A stretch of 64,000 nt of DNA from Squalus acanthias (GCA_030390025.1 JASTWF010000033.1:2420001-2484000), one strand, 5' to 3'; counted from the first letter of the stretch, positions 33,481 to 47,122 are shown. Numbers and translations are program-made. Notes: generated from the letters alone by a model not told the origin.

Positions 33481-36159
33481 ATGACCACTATCGACACCAC
33501 AAACTGCCGGCTCAAAGTGGAGAGAATCGCCAAGAAGATCGCGCATATCGACACCGACATCAAGTATCTACAGAGATGCAAGAAAGCAGACAAGATCCCG
33601 AAAGGACTACAGATCACGAACCCACTCAAGTCGACATACAACACAGACTACGCTGAGAGACTCTGCCGTCGTACCTCTCGCACACTCCTCAACCATCTCG
33701 TACACCAGCTCTACAGCAAACGCCACAACCTCGAAACCAAGATAGAGTCCATGCTCTCAGCCTGTGCTCAGAACACAGCAGACCAGTTACGAGACACCGC
33801 CAAACAGTCGAGGCAACGGAACTACGCTGCCTATATGCGCATCAAGAACAGGAAGCTTGAGAAACTCGGCATCACCACCAGCAGCAACCAAGCCTCCCCC
33901 GGTACCACGGCTGCAACCACAGGGAAGTCCATCGTCAATTTGTCCGACCATACCCTTCAACCAGACGAAATCGAAGTTCTCGCCCTAGGGCTCAAGTTCT
34001 GCCCAACCACCAAAATGGACCTCATCGGTCTCGCGGCAGACACGGAGGAATTCATCAGGAGAATGAGGCTCCGGGAATACTTCCACAAATCCCAAGATGT
34101 CAGCAACAAACCCAATGAGACAATCAATGATCCAGAACAGCAGACAGAGGGACTCGCAGTGCAGCAACCGAAGAAAAAAGAGTCAAACTGGACCCCTCCG
34201 GAGGGTCGCTGCCCCAAGCTTGACATGTATGCTCAAGCTGTCAGGAGATGCATCAACGCCAGATTCATCAGCCGCACTCACAAGACAGTCCAGAATGTCA
34301 CCCGAGCACAAAGCAACGCCATCCACGCTCTCAAGACCAACCGCAACATCGTCATCAAACCAGCGGACAAAGGAGGAGCCATCGTCATACAGAACAGAAC
34401 GGACTATTGTAAAGAAGCAAACCGACAACTGGACAACCAGGAACACTACAGACAGCTACCCGCAGATCCGACCAAAGAACACACCCGCCAACTCAATAGA
34501 CTGATCAAGACCTTCGATCCAGACCTTCAAAGCATCCTACGCGCTCTCATCCCACGTACTCCCCGCGTGGGAGACTTCTACTGCCTCCCAAAGATACACA
34601 AAGCCAACACACCCGGACGTCCTATCGTATCAGGCAACGGAACCCTGTGTGAGAACCTCTCTGGATACGTCGAGGGCATTCTGAAACCCATCGTACAGGG
34701 AACCCCCAGCTTCTGTCGTGACACTACAGACTTCTTACAGAAACTCAGCACCCACGGACCAGTTGAACCAGGAACACTCCTCGCCACGATGGACGTATCG
34801 GCACTCTACACCAGTATCCCCCACGATGACGGCATCGCTGCGACAGCCTCAGTACTCAACACCAACAACAGCCAATCTCCAGACGCCATCCTACAACTCA
34901 TCCGCTTCATCCTTGACCACAGTGTCTTCACCTTCGACAACCATTTTTTTACCCAAACACACGGAACAGCCATGGGGACCAAATTCGCACCCCAATACGC
35001 CAACATCTTCATGCACAAGTTCGAGCAAGACTTCTTCACTGCACAGGACCTCCAGCCAACGCTGTACACCAGATACATCGACGACATTTTCTTCCTTTGG
35101 ACCCATGGCGAAGGATCACTGAAAAGACTACACGATAATATAAACAAGTTCCATCCCACCATCATACTCACCATGGACTACTCCTCAGAATCGGTTTCAT
35201 TCCTGGACACACGAATCTCCATCAAAGACGGACACCTCAGCACTTCACTCTACCGCAAGCCCACGGACAACCTCACGATGCTCCACTTCTCCAGCTTCCA
35301 CCCTAACCACGCTAAAGAAGCCATCCCCTATGGACAAGCCCTGCGAATACACAGGATCTGCTCAGACGAGGAGGAACGCGATGGACACCTACGGACGCTG
35401 AAAAACGCCCTCATAAGAACGGGATATGACGCTCGACTCATCGATCGACAGTTCCGACGGGCCACAGCGAAAAATCGCATAGACCTCCTCAGAAGGAAAA
35501 CACGGGACACAACCAACAGGGTACCCTACGTCGTCCAGTACTTCCCCGGAGCGGAGAAACTACGCCATTTTCTTCGCAGCCTTCAACATGTCATCGATGA
35601 CGACAAACACCTCGCTAAGGCCATCCCCACGCCTCCACTACTTGCCTTCAAACAGCCACCTAACCTCAGAAGTACCATCGTTCGCAGCAAATTACCCAGC
35701 TTTCAGGATAACAGCGACCACGACACCACACAACCCTGCCACGGCAAACTCTGCAAGACATGCCAGATCATCAACACAGATACCATCATCACACGTGAGG
35801 ATACTACCCACCAGGTACATGGTACATACTCATGTGACTCGGCCAACGTTGTCTACCTCATACGTTGCAGGAAAGAATGCACCGCGGCATGGTACATCGG
35901 CGAGACCATGCAGACACTGAGACAACGTATGAACGAGCACCGCGCAACAATCGCCAGGCAGGATTGTTACATCCCAGTCGGGGAACACTTCAGCAGTCAA
36001 GGACATTCAGCCTCGGATCTGCAGGTAAGCGTTCTCCAAGGCGGCCTTAGGAAAACACGACAGCGCAAAATCATCGAGTTGAAACTGATAGCCAAGTTCC
36101 GCACTCATGAAGACGGTCTCAATCGGGATCTTGGGTTTATGTCACGATACATGACGTGA
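33481..36159 (+). CDS. Penelope-like RT + GIY-YIG endonuclease, uninterrupted ORF
   Basis: KPADKGG, LPKIHK..PGRPIVS, MDVSALYTSI, GTAMG, RYIDD, linker PCHGKLCKTC, VVYLIRC...WYIGET; ATG directly at the pLTR end. Confidence 0.95.
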   Translation: MTTIDTTNCRLKVERIAKKIAHIDTDIKYLQRCKKADKIPKGLQITNPLKSTYNTDYAERLCRRTSRTLLNHLVHQLYSKRHNLETKIESMLSACAQNTADQLRDTAKQSRQRNYAAYMRIKNRKLEKLGITTSSNQASPGTTAATTGKSIVNLSDHTLQPDEIEVLALGLKFCPTTKMDLIGLAADTEEFIRRMRLREYFHKSQDVSNKPNETINDPEQQTEGLAVQQPKKKESNWTPPEGRCPKLDMYAQAVRRCINARFISRTHKTVQNVTRAQSNAIHALKTNRNIVIKPADKGGAIVIQNRTDYCKEANRQLDNQEHYRQLPADPTKEHTRQLNRLIKTFDPDLQSILRALIPRTPRVGDFYCLPKIHKANTPGRPIVSGNGTLCENLSGYVEGILKPIVQGTPSFCRDTTDFLQKLSTHGPVEPGTLLATMDVSALYTSIPHDDGIAATASVLNTNNSQSPDAILQLIRFILDHSVFTFDNHFFTQTHGTAMGTKFAPQYANIFMHKFEQDFFTAQDLQPTLYTRYIDDIFFLWTHGEGSLKRLHDNINKFHPTIILTMDYSSESVSFLDTRISIKDGHLSTSLYRKPTDNLTMLHFSSFHPNHAKEAIPYGQALRIHRICSDEEERDGHLRTLKNALIRTGYDARLIDRQFRRATAKNRIDLLRRKTRDTTNRVPYVVQYFPGAEKLRHFLRSLQHVIDDDKHLAKAIPTPPLLAFKQPPNLRSTIVRSKLPSFQDNSDHDTTQPCHGKLCKTCQIINTDTIITREDTTHQVHGTYSCDSANVVYLIRCRKECTAAWYIGETMQTLRQRMNEHRATIARQDCYIPVGEHFSSQGHSASDLQVSVLQGGLRKTRQRKIIELKLIAKFRTHEDGLNRDLGFMSRYMT

Positions 36160-39100
36160 TCCGGACTCGAGTCGTCGTTGGCTTGTTCACAGATGTGACT
36201 CCCAGTAAAAAAGTAAAAATTTTAAAGTTAATCGTTTTACATACAGACGGCAGCTTTTGAAACGTTAGACCCCATGCGATTCCACCTCATTGTCTCAGTT
36301 GTATCTTGCTATGTCTTTGATGTGGTACCTTCCTGGCTGACCTGATTAACTTTATCACACCTCGGCAGATAAACAGTCAGGATGATTGAATTCAGTTGTC
36401 TGCAATTGTAAGTTACACATGCATTGTTCTCTATCTATATATGCTTTGACGGTTCTGTATCTCCTCACTTCACCCGACGAAGGAGTTGTAACTCCGAAAG
36501 CTTGTGATTTAAAATAAAACTGTTGGACTATAACTTGGTGTTGTGCGACCTCTCAATTTTGTCCACCCCAGTCCAACACCGGCATCTCCGCATCAAGATA
36601 ACTTGAACACAGACAAGCCCTGAATACACAGCTTTTGCTGTCTGTCTCTCTCTCTCACACACACAGACACAGCCAGCCTGCAAAATTGCCACAAATCACT
36701 GTCAGCAATGAAAGAAAGTTGATTTCTATCATTTCTCTGCTCTGCTTGGCAGTTTAAAAGCAAACAGACAGCTGTTTTCAGTATTTTATCTTTTCAGTTT
36801 GCGGCCTACAGAAACAGGCTTTCTAATCTGCATCAAAAGCAAATGCTGTGCATGTGGAAAATCTGAAATAAAATCAGAAAATGCTGGAAATACTCAGGAG
36901 GTAAGGTAGCATCTGTGGAGAGAGAGAGAAACAGAGATAATGTTTCAGTTCGATTACCTTTTGTCAGATTCTGGCAAGGTTCTGACGAAAGGTCATCGAG
37001 CTGAAACATTTACTTTGTTTCTCTGTATCTCCACTGATGCTGCCTAACATACTGAGTATTTCCAGCATTTTTTGTTTTTATTTCTATTCTGCATGTTGTC
37101 TTGATTTCATGTGTTTCTCTCAATGCCAGCCTGCCTGCCTTATATTGATTTGAGTAGAGTGGAATAAAAAGAATGCAAAGATCCCAAATAGCTTTTATTT
37201 TCAGACAGTCCACAAAGACATTTTTCGGTATTTCACTGACTGACTGTCTGTCTTGAATTAAAGTGAAATGAAATAAAGTGCAACAAAGTGATACACAACA
37301 GCATTACATGTGGACCAGGCCAGAATGAAATCAATAGGGTTTAATACAACAACAGCAATTAATAAGACAGCAGACCACATCTCACACAAACACCAGCTTT
37401 TGCCCTTTCTCTCTCTCTCACACACACACACTCACAGCCTGGCCAGTCTGCAGAGAGATGACTGCCGTGTTGGCTGATTAAAATCAAAAAGACACTTTTC
37501 AGTATCTTATCTTTTCACTTTGTGACCGACAGAAACAGGCTTTCTGTTCTGCTACTTGCCTTTTGATTTCATGTCTCTCTCTCTCTCACTGACTCTCTGT
37601 CTGTCTTCCACTCACACAGACACCCTCCCACCCACATTGAACTAAAATTTACAGTAACATGACACACACACTCACACAGACTCTGCAATTAGCAGACACA
37701 CAGACACCCACGCACACAGACACACTCATACAGACTCTGCAATTTGCAGACACACAGACACCCACTCACTTACAGACACACTCACACAGTCTCTGCAATT
37801 TGCAGAAACTCAACCTCACACAGACACACAGTCTCCCTCTCAAACCATTCTCTCTCGCTCCCCAGTCTCTCGCTATCGCTCCGACAGTCTCTCTCTCTCT
37901 CTCTTACCATTCTCTCTCTCTCTCCAGTCTCTCTTTCTCCAGTCTCTCTCTCCCCTTTGTCTCTCTCACTCTCCCCAGTCTCTCTCTCTCTCTGCTCCAG
38001 TTCCTCTCTCTCCAGACTCTCTTTCTCCCAAGTCTCTCTAACTCTCTCCAGTCTCTGCCTCTCTCCAGTCTCTCTCTCCCCTCAGTCTCTCTCTCACTCT
38101 CCAGTCTCTCTCTCTCCCAGTCTCACTCTCTCTCCAGTCTCTCTCTGTCCACAGTCTCTCTCTATCCCCTGTCTCACTCTCTACAGTCTCTCTCTCTCCC
38201 CAATCTCTCTCTCTCCCCAATCTCTCTCTCTCCCTGTCTCACCCTCTCTCTAGTCTCTCTCTCTCCGCAGTCTCACTCTAACACTTGTCTCTCTCTGCCA
38301 CAGTCTCTCTCCCTCTCTCACCCCCAGTCTCTCTCCCTGTGCTCCATTCTCTCGCTTTCTCTCCAGTATCACTCTCACTCCAGACTTTCTATAATCCCCA
38401 GTCAAATTCTCTCCCCGTTCTCCAACTCTCGTTCAGTCTCTCTCTCTCTCCACAGTCTCTGTGTCTCACTCAGTTGCTCTCTCTCCCTGCTGTCTCTCTC
38501 TCTCTCTGACTGTTTTCTCTCTCTCCCCAGTCTCTCTCTCTCACCCCCAGTCTCTCTCACTCCAGTCTCTTTCTCCCCCACAGTCTCCCTCTCAAACCAT
38601 TCTCTCTCGCTCCCCCCTGTCTCTCGCTATCTCTCCGACAGTCTCTCTCTCTCCGACAATCTCTCTCTCTCTCTCTTACCATTCTCTCTGTCTCTCCAGT
38701 CTCTCTTTCTCCAGTCTCTCTCTCTTTCCGCACTCCCTCTCCCCGAGGCTCTCTCACTCTCTCCAGTCTCTCTCTCCCCTAGTCTCTCTCTCTCTGCTCC
38801 AGAACCTCTCTCTCCAGACTCTCTTTATCTCCAGTCTCTCTCTCTCCCCAATCTCGCTCTCTCCCCAGTCCGTCACTATCCGCAGTCACTCTCTCTCCCC
38901 TGTCTCCCTCTCTGCATTCTCTCTCTCTCCCCAATCTCTCTCTCTCCCCTTTCTCTCTCTCTTCATTCTCTCTCTCTCTCCAATCTCTCTCTACCCCAGT
39001 CTCCCTCTCGCTCCCCAGTCCCTCTCTCTTTCCCGAGACTCTCTCTCTCTCCGCCAGAGTCTCTCTCTCCCCGTCTCTCTCTCTCTATGCTCCAGTTTAT

Positions 39101-39226
39101 CTCTCTCCAGTCTCTCTTTCTTTATAGCCTCTCTCTTAACCTAATCTATCTCTCTCCAAATCTCTCTGTCTCACCGGACTCGCTCTCCCACAGTCTCTCT
39201 CTCTCTCTCCCCATTCTCTCTCTCCC

Positions 39227-39259
<33 letters not shown>

Positions 39260-42200
39260 CCAGTCTCTCTCTCTCTCCCCTGTCTCTCTCTCCCCATTCT
39301 CTCTCTCCCCCAGTCTCCCTCTCTGTCCCTAGTCTCTCGCTCTCTGCTACAATTCCGCTCTCTCCAGTCTCGCTTTCTCTCCAGTCTCTCTCTCTCCCCA
39401 ATCTCTCTCTCTCCAAAGTCTCCCTCACCCCCAGTCTCTTTCTCTCCCACAGTCCCCCTTCTCTAACCATTCTCTCTCGCTCCCCAGTCTCTCTCACTCC
39501 GACATTCTTTCTCTCTCTCTAGACTCTCTTTTCCAATCTCTCTCTCTCCAGTCTCTGTCCCCTAATCTCTCTCTCTCTCTCCCCAGTCTCTCTCTCTCTG
39601 CTCCAGTTGCTCTCTCTCGACTCTCTTTCTCTCATGTCTCACTCTCTCTCTCCAATCTCTCTCTCTGCCCAGTCTCTCTCTCTCCCAGTCTCACTCTCTC
39701 TCCAGTCTCTCTCTCTCTCACCAGTCTCCCTCTCTCACTGCTTTCTATCTCACCCCTTATCACTCTCTCTGCCCAGTCCATCTCTCTGTCCATAGTCTCT
39801 CGCTCTCTCCTACAATTCCTCTCTCTCCAGTCTCGCTTTTTCTCCAGTCTCTCTCTCTCCCGAGTCTCTCTCTCTCCAAAGTCTCTCTCAACCCCGTCTC
39901 TTTCTCTCCCACAGACCCCCTCTCTAAAATTCTCTCTCGCTCCCCAGTCTATCTCTCCGACAGTCTCTCTCTCTCCCCATTCTTTCTCCCTCTCTCGACT
40001 CTCTTTTCCAATCTCTCTTATTCCAGTCTCTTTCCCCTAGTCTCTCTCTCTCTCCCCAGTCTCACTCTCCCCAGTCTCTCTCTCTCTGCTCCAGTTGTTC
40101 TCTCCCAAGACTCTCTTTCTCTCCAGACTCTCTTTCTCTCCAGTCTCTCTCTCCCCAGTCTACTCTCTCCCCAGTCTCTCTCTCTGCTCCAGATCCTCTC
40201 TCTTCAGACTCTCTTTCTCTCCAGTCTCTCTCCCTCCCCAATCTCTTCCTCTCCCCAGTCTCTCTCTCTCTCTCTCTCCCAGTCTCACTCTCTCTCCAGT
40301 CTCTCTCTCTCCCTGATATCTCTCTCTGCCCAGTCTCTCTCTCTCCCAGTCTCACTCTCTCTCCAGTCTCTCTCTCTCCCTCATCTCTCTCTCTGCCCAG
40401 TCTCTCTCTCTCCCTCATCTCTCTCTCTGCCCAGTCTCTCTCTCTCCCAGTCTCACTCTCTCTCCAGTCTCTCTCTCTCCCTGATCTCTCTCTCTTCCCA
40501 GTCTCTCTCTCTCCCACTCTCACTCTCTCCAGTCTTTCTCTCTCCCAGTCTCACTCTATCCCCTGTGTTCAATCTCTCCAGTCTCTCTCTCTCCCCAATC
40601 TCTCTCTCCCCCCAGTCTCTCTCTCTCCCCAGTCTCTCTTTCTCCCCAGTCTCTCTCTCACTCCCCAGTCTCACTCTCTCTCCCCAGTCTCACTCTCTCT
40701 CCGGTCTCTCTCTGTCCGCAGTCTCTCTCTATCCCCTGTGTTCACTCTCTCCAGTCTCTCTCTCTCCCCAGTCTCTCTCTCTCCCCAATCTCTCTCTCCC
40801 CAGTCTCTCTCTATCTCTCTCCCCAATCTCTCTCTCTCTCCCCAGTCTCTCTCTCTCCCCATTCTCTCTCTCTCTCTCCCCAGTCTCTCTCACTCCAGTC
40901 TCTTTCTCTCCCACAGTCTCCCTCTCAAACAATTCTCTCTAGCTCTCCAGTCTCTCGCTATCGCTCCGACAGTCTCTCTCTCTCCGACAGGCTCTGTCTT
41001 ACCATTCTCTCTCTCTCTCTCCATGCTCACTCTCCCCTAGTCTCTCACTCTCCCCAGTCTCTCTCTCTGCTCCAGTTCCTCTCTCTCCAGACTCTCTTTC
41101 TCTCCAGTCTCTCTCTCTCCCTCATCTCTCTCTCTGCCCAGTCTCTCTCTCTCCCTCATCTCTCTCTCTGCCCAGTCTCTCTCTCTCCCAGTCTCACTCA
41201 CTCTCCAGTCTCTCTCTCTCCCTGATAAATCTCTCTGCCCAGTCTCTCTCTCTCCCACTCTCACTCTCTCTCCAGTCTTTCTCTCTCCCAGTCTCACTCT
41301 ATCCCCTGTGTTCACTCTCTCCAGTCTCTCTCTCTCCCCAATCTCTCTCTCCCCCCAGTCTCTCTCTCTCCCCAGTCTCTCTTTCTCCCCAGTCTCTCTC
41401 TCACTCCCCAGTCTCACTCTCTCTCCCCAGTCTCACTCTCTCTCCAGTCTCTCTCTGTCCGCAGTCTCTCTCTATCCCCTGTGTTCACTCTCTCCAGTCT
41501 CTCTCTCCCCAGTCTCTCTCTATCTCTCTCCCCAATCTCTCTCTCTCCCCAGTCTCTCTCTCTCCCCATTCGCTCTCTCTCTCTCCCCAGTCTCTCTCAC
41601 TCCAGTCTCTTTCTCTCCCACAGTCTCCCTCTCAAACAATTCTCTCTCGCTCCCCAGTCTCTCGCTATCGCTCCGACAGTCTCTCTCTCTCCGATAGGCT
41701 CTCTCTTACCATTCTCTCTCTCTCTCCAGGCTCACTCTCCCCTAGTCTCTCACTCTCCCCAGTCTCTCTCTCTCTGCTCCAGTTCCTCTCTCTCCAGACT
41801 CTCTTTCTCTCTAGTCTCTCTCTCTCCCCAATCTCTCTCTCTGCCCAGTCTCTCTCTCTCCCAGTCTCACTCTCTCTCCATCTCTCTCTCTCTCCCCACT
41901 CTCTCTCTCTCCCAGTCTCGCTCTCACTCCAGTCTCTCTCTCTCTCCACAATATCTCTCTATCCCCCGTCTCACTCTCTCCAGTCTCTCTCGCTCCCCAA
42001 TCTCTCTCTCTCCCCAGTCTGCAACTCCCAGTCTCTCTCTCTCTCTCCAATCTCTCTCTCTCAGCAGTCACTCTCTCCCACCTGTCTTTCTCTGTCCATT
42101 CTCTCTCTCCCCAGTCTCTCTCTCTCTCCCCTGTCTCTCTCTCTCCATTCTCTCTCTCTCTCTCTCCAGTCTCTCTCTCCCCTGTCTCTCTCTCTCCATT

Positions 42201-43589
42201 CTCTCTCTCTCCAAGTCTCTCTGTCTCACCGGCCTCGCTCTCCCACAGTCTCTCTCTCTCCCCATTCTCTCTCTCCCACAGTCCCTCTCTCTCACCAGTC
42301 TCAATCTCTCTGCTCCAGTTCCTCTCTCTCCAGACTCTCTTTCTCTCCAGTCTCTCTCTCTCCCCAATCTCTCTCTCTCCCCAGTCTCTCTCTATCCCCT
42401 GTCTCTGTCTGCCCCAGTCTCTCTCCCTCTCTCACCCCCAGTCTCTCTCCCTCTGCTCCATTCTCTCGCTTTCTCTCCAGGCTCACTCTCACTCCAGACT
42501 TTCTATTTCCCCAGTCTCATTGTCTCCCCATTTTCTATCTATCGTTCAGTCTCTCTCTCTCCACAGTCTCTGTGTCTCCCTCAGTTTCTCTCTCTCTGCC
42601 GTCTCTCTCTCTCTCTCCGACAATCTTACTCTCTCTCCCCATTCTCTCTCTCTCTCACCCCCAGTCTCTCTCACTCCAGTCTCTTTCTCTCCCACAGTCT
42701 GCCTCTCAAACCATTCTCTCTCGCTCTCCAGTCTCTCGCTATCTCTGTCTCCCCCAGTCCCTCTCTCTCACCAGTCTCCCTCTCTCACTGCATTCTATCT
42801 TGCCCCTAATCCCTCTCTCTCCCCCAGGCTATCTCTCTCTCCCCAGTCTATCTCACTCTGCTCCAGCCTCTCTCTCTAGTCTCGCTTTCTCCCCATTCTC
42901 TCTCTCTCTCCCTAATCACTCTCTCTTTCCACAGTCTCTCTCACCCCCAGTCTCTCTCTCTCCAGTCTCCCTCTCCCCAGTCTCTTACCCGCCCGCAGTC
43001 TCCCACTCACTCCAGTCCTTCTCTCTCCCCCATTATTTATCTCCCTCCAGGCTCTCTCACTCCGACAGTCTCGCTCTCTCTACCCATTCTCTCTCTCCTC
43101 CAGTCTCGATCTCTCCAGTCTCTATCTCTCCCCCAGTCGAACTCTCTCTCACATTTCTCACTCCCACCCATCTCCCTCTGTCTCCAGTATCTCTCTCGCC
43201 AAGTATCTCTCTCCGTCTCCAGTCCCTCTCTCTTCCCAGTCACTCTCTCCAGTCTCTCTCCCTCCCACAGTCTCTCTCACTATCGCAATTCTCTCTCTCT
43301 CCCAAAGCATCTCTCTCCAGACATCTCTCTCTCCAGATTCTCTCTCCCCGTCTCTCTCATCTCCCCCTGTCCCACTATCTCTCCCCAGTCTTTCTCTCTC
43401 TCTCTGCCCAGTCTCTCCCTCACCCCCAGTCTCTTTCTCTCTGCTACAGTCTCGCTCACTCTCTCCAGTCTCAATCTCACTCCAGTCTTTCTTTCTCCCC
43501 AATCACACCCTCTCCCTATTCTCTCTCTCTCTTACCAAATCTCTCTCACTCCAGTCTCTCTCGCTCCCCAGTCTCTCGCTCTCTCTCCG

Positions 43590-43625
<36 letters not shown>

Positions 43626-45847
43626 CATTATCTCTCTCTCTCTCTCCAGGATCTTTCTGCAGTCTCTTCTCTCTCCAGTCTCTCTTTATTCCCTAGGCTC
43701 TCTCTCGCTGCTCCAGTCTCTCTCTCCAGTCTCTCTTTCTCTCCAGTCTCACTCTCTCCCCAATCTCTCTCTCTCCCCTAGTCTCTCTCTCTCTCTCTCT
43801 CTCCATTTTCTCTCTCCTCGAGGCTCTCTCTCTCTCCCAGTTTCTCTCTCTCTGAAGTCTCTCTCTCTCCGACAGTCAATATGTCTCTCCCCATTCTCTC
43901 CCTTCCCTCAGTCTCTCTCACACCAGTCTCTTTCTCTCCCCAAACACTCTCTCTCTCCAGTGTCTCTTTCTCTCCAGTCTCTCCCTCTCCCCAAACTCTC
44001 TCCCCCAGTCTCTCTCTCTCCCCATTCTCTCTCTCTCCCCTAGCCTCCCTCTCTCTCCCCAGTCTCTCTCTCTCCCCTAGTCTCTCTCTCCCCTAGTCTC
44101 CCTCTCTCTCTCCCCAGTCTCTCTCTCTCCCCAGTCTCTCACGCTCTGCTCCAGTTGCTCTCTCTCCAGACTATCTTTCTCTCCAGTCTCTCTCTTTACC
44201 CATTCTCTCCATCTCCCCAAACTCTCTCCCCTAGTCTCTCTCTCTGTCTCCAGTCTCTCACTCTCTCCAGTCTCTCTCTCTCCCCTAGTCTCTCTCTCTC
44301 TCCAGTCTCTCTCTCTCTCCAGTCTCTCTCTCTCCCCTAGTCTCTGTCTCTCTCTCCAGTCTCTCACTCTCTCCAGTCTCTCTCTCTCTCCAGTCTCTCT
44401 CTCTCCCCTAGTCTCTCTCTCTCTCCCCTAGTCTCTCTCTCTCCCCCGGTTTCTCGCTCTCTCCAGTCTCTCTCTCTCCCCTAGTCTCTCTCTCTCTCCC
44501 CTAGTCTCTCTCTCTCTCCCTCTAATCTCTCTCTCTCTCTCCAGTCTCTCTCTCTCTCCAGTCTCTCTCTCTCCCCTAGTCTCTCTCTCTCTCTCCAGTC
44601 TCTCTCTCTCTCCAGTCTCTCTCTCTCCAGTCTCTCTCTCTCTCCAGTCTCTCTCTCTCCCCTAGTCTCTCTCTCTCTCCAGTCTCTCTCTCTCCCCTAG
44701 TCTTTCTCTCTCTCCAGTCTCTCTCTCTCCCCTAGTCTCTCACTCTCTCCAGTCTCTATCTCTCCCCAGTCTCTCTCACCCTCCAGACTCTCTCTCTCTC
44801 CCCCCAGATTCTCTCTTCTCCCCCCAGTCTCTCTGTCTCTAGCCTAGTCGCTCTCTCTCTCTCCCCAGTCTCTCTCTCTCCCCAGTCTCTCTCTCTCCAG
44901 TCTCTCTCTCTCTCTCCAGTCTCTCTCTCTCTCTCCAGTCTCTCTCTCTCCCCTAGTCTCTCTCTCTCCAGTCTCTCTCTCTACCCTAGTCTCTCTCTCT
45001 CTCTCCAGTCTCTCTCTCTCCCCCAGTCTCTCACTCTCTCCAGTCTCTCTCTCTCTCCCCCTTAGTCTCTCTCTCTCTCTCCCCAGTCTCTCTCTCTCTC
45101 CCCAAGTATATCTCTCTCTCTCCCCAGTCTCTCTCTCTCCCCAGTCTCTCTCTCTCCCCAGTCTCTCTCTCTCCAGTCTCTCTCTCTCTCTCCAGTCTCT
45201 CTCTCTCTCTCCAGTCTCTCTCTCTCCCCTAGTCTCTCTCTCTCCAGTCTCTCTCTCTACCCTAGTCTCTCTCTCTCCAGTCTCTCTCTCTCTCTCCAGT
45301 CTCTCTCTCTCTCTCTCCAGTCTCTCTCTCTCCCCTAGTCTCTCTCTCTCCAGTCTCTCTCTCTCCCCCAGTCTCTCTCTCTCTCCAGTCTCTCTCTCTC
45401 CCCCAGTCTCTCACTCTCTCCAGTCTCTCTCTCTCTCCCCCTTAGTCTCTCTCTCTCTCTCCCCAGTCTCTCTCTCTCTCCCCTAGTATCTCTCTCTCTC
45501 TCCCCAGTCTCTCTCTCTCCCCAGTCTCTCTCTCTCTGCTCCAGTTGCTCTCTCTCCAGACTCTCTTTCTCTCCAGTCTCTCTCTTTACCCAATCACTCC
45601 ATCTCCCCAAACTCTCTCCCCCAGTCTCTCTCTCTCTCCAGTCTCTCTCTCTCCACAGTCTCTCTCTGTCCAGTCTCTCTCTCTCTCTCCCCAGTCACTT
45701 TCTCTCTCCCGCGTCTCTCTCTCTCTTTGCCTGACTCTCTCTCTCCCCAGTCACTTTCTCTCTCCCGAGTCTCTCTCTCTCTCTCCGCCTGACTCTCTCT
45801 CTCCCCAGTCTCTTACTCCCCAGTCTCTCTCTCACTGCTCCAGTTGA

Positions 45848-47122
45848 ACATAAGAACATAAGAACATAAGAAATAGGAGCAGGAGTAGGCCAATCGGCCC
45901 CTCGAGCCTGCTCCGCCATTCAATAAGATCATGGCTGATCTGATCCTAACCGCCAATCTACTATCTATCACAGAACCATCTCCTGCATCTAACAGAATTG
46001 CACACACAAAATAGGAGCAGAATCAGGCTACACAGTCCCTGGGCCCGCTCCACTACCCACAGGGCCATGACCGATCCGAACCTAGACTCATGTCCAAATT
46101 CCTGCCCGCTCCCCGTAACCCTTAATGCCCTTTACTTCTAGGAAACTGTCTATTTCTGTTTTAAATTTAATTAATGTTGTAGCTTCTACAGCTTTTTGTG
46201 GCAGCATATTCCATGGACCTACCACCCTCTGAGTGAAGTAGTTCCTCCTCATCTCAGTTTTGAAAGAGCAGCCCCTTATTCTAAGACTATGTCCCCTAGT
46301 TCTCGTCTCACCCGTCATCGGGAACATCCTCCCCGCATCCACCCGATCCAACCCCTTCACAATCTTATATGTTTCAATAAGATCGCCTCTCATTCTTCTG
46401 AACTCCAATGAGTAGAGTCCCAATCTACCCAACCTCTCCTCATATGACCACCCCCTCATCCCCGGGATTAACCGAGTGAACCTTTTTTGCACTGCCTCGA
46501 GAGCAAGGATGTCTTTCCTTAAGTAAGGACACCAAAACTGTATGCAGTATTCCAGGTGCGGTCTCACCAATACCTTGTACAACTGAAGCAATACCTCCCT
46601 ATTTTTATATTCTATCCCCCTAGCAATGAAAGCCAACATTCCATTTGCCTTCTTAATCACTTGCTGCACCTGCATACTAACCTTTTGAGTTTCGTGCACC
46701 AGGACCCCCAGATCCCTTTGCACTTCAGTACTCTCCAGTTTCTTGCCATTAAGATAATAAATTGCTCTAGGATTTTTCCTGCCAAAGTGCATCACCTCAC
46801 ACTTTCCAGTGTTGTATTCCATCTGCCAAATCTCTGCCCACTTACTTAGCCTGTCTATGTCCCCTTGCAGGTTTTTTATGTCCTCCTCACTCACTACTTT
46901 CCCTCCCATCTTAGTATCATCTGCAAATTTTGATATGTTACACTTGGTCCCTTCCTCCAAATCGTTAATATAGATTGTAAAGAGTTGGGGACCCAGCACT
47001 GATCCCTGTGGAACACCACTAGTTACTGATTGCCAGTCTGAGAATGAACCATTTATCCCAACTCTTTGCTTTCTGTTAGATAGCCAATCCTCTATCCATG
47101 CCAGAATATTACCCCCAATCTT
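45848..47122 (-). mobile_element. Young 5'-truncated CR1 LINE inserted in the CT satellite
   Basis: Stop-free ORF2 C-terminal ~345 codons (ORF 46088..47176); (AACATAAG)3 tail at 45848. Confidence 0.92.

Larger units (their letters stand above)
31942..36595 (+). mobile_element. Full-length Penelope-like element (Neptune-type) with inverted 5' pLTR piece and two direct pLTRs
   Basis: 12-bp TSD AGATAACTTGAA (31930-41, 36596-607); direct repeats 32856-33481 and 35969-36595; inverted pLTR 31942-32855. Confidence 0.93.
29158..37830. repeat. ~1.8-kb tandem unit, two copies plus a partial third; copy 2 interrupted by Penelope
   Basis: TGACTGCC.T.TTGG starts at ~29159, ~30952, ~37459; CCCCAGAAATCCGGGTC block at ~29525 and ~31369. 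Confidence 0.8.
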
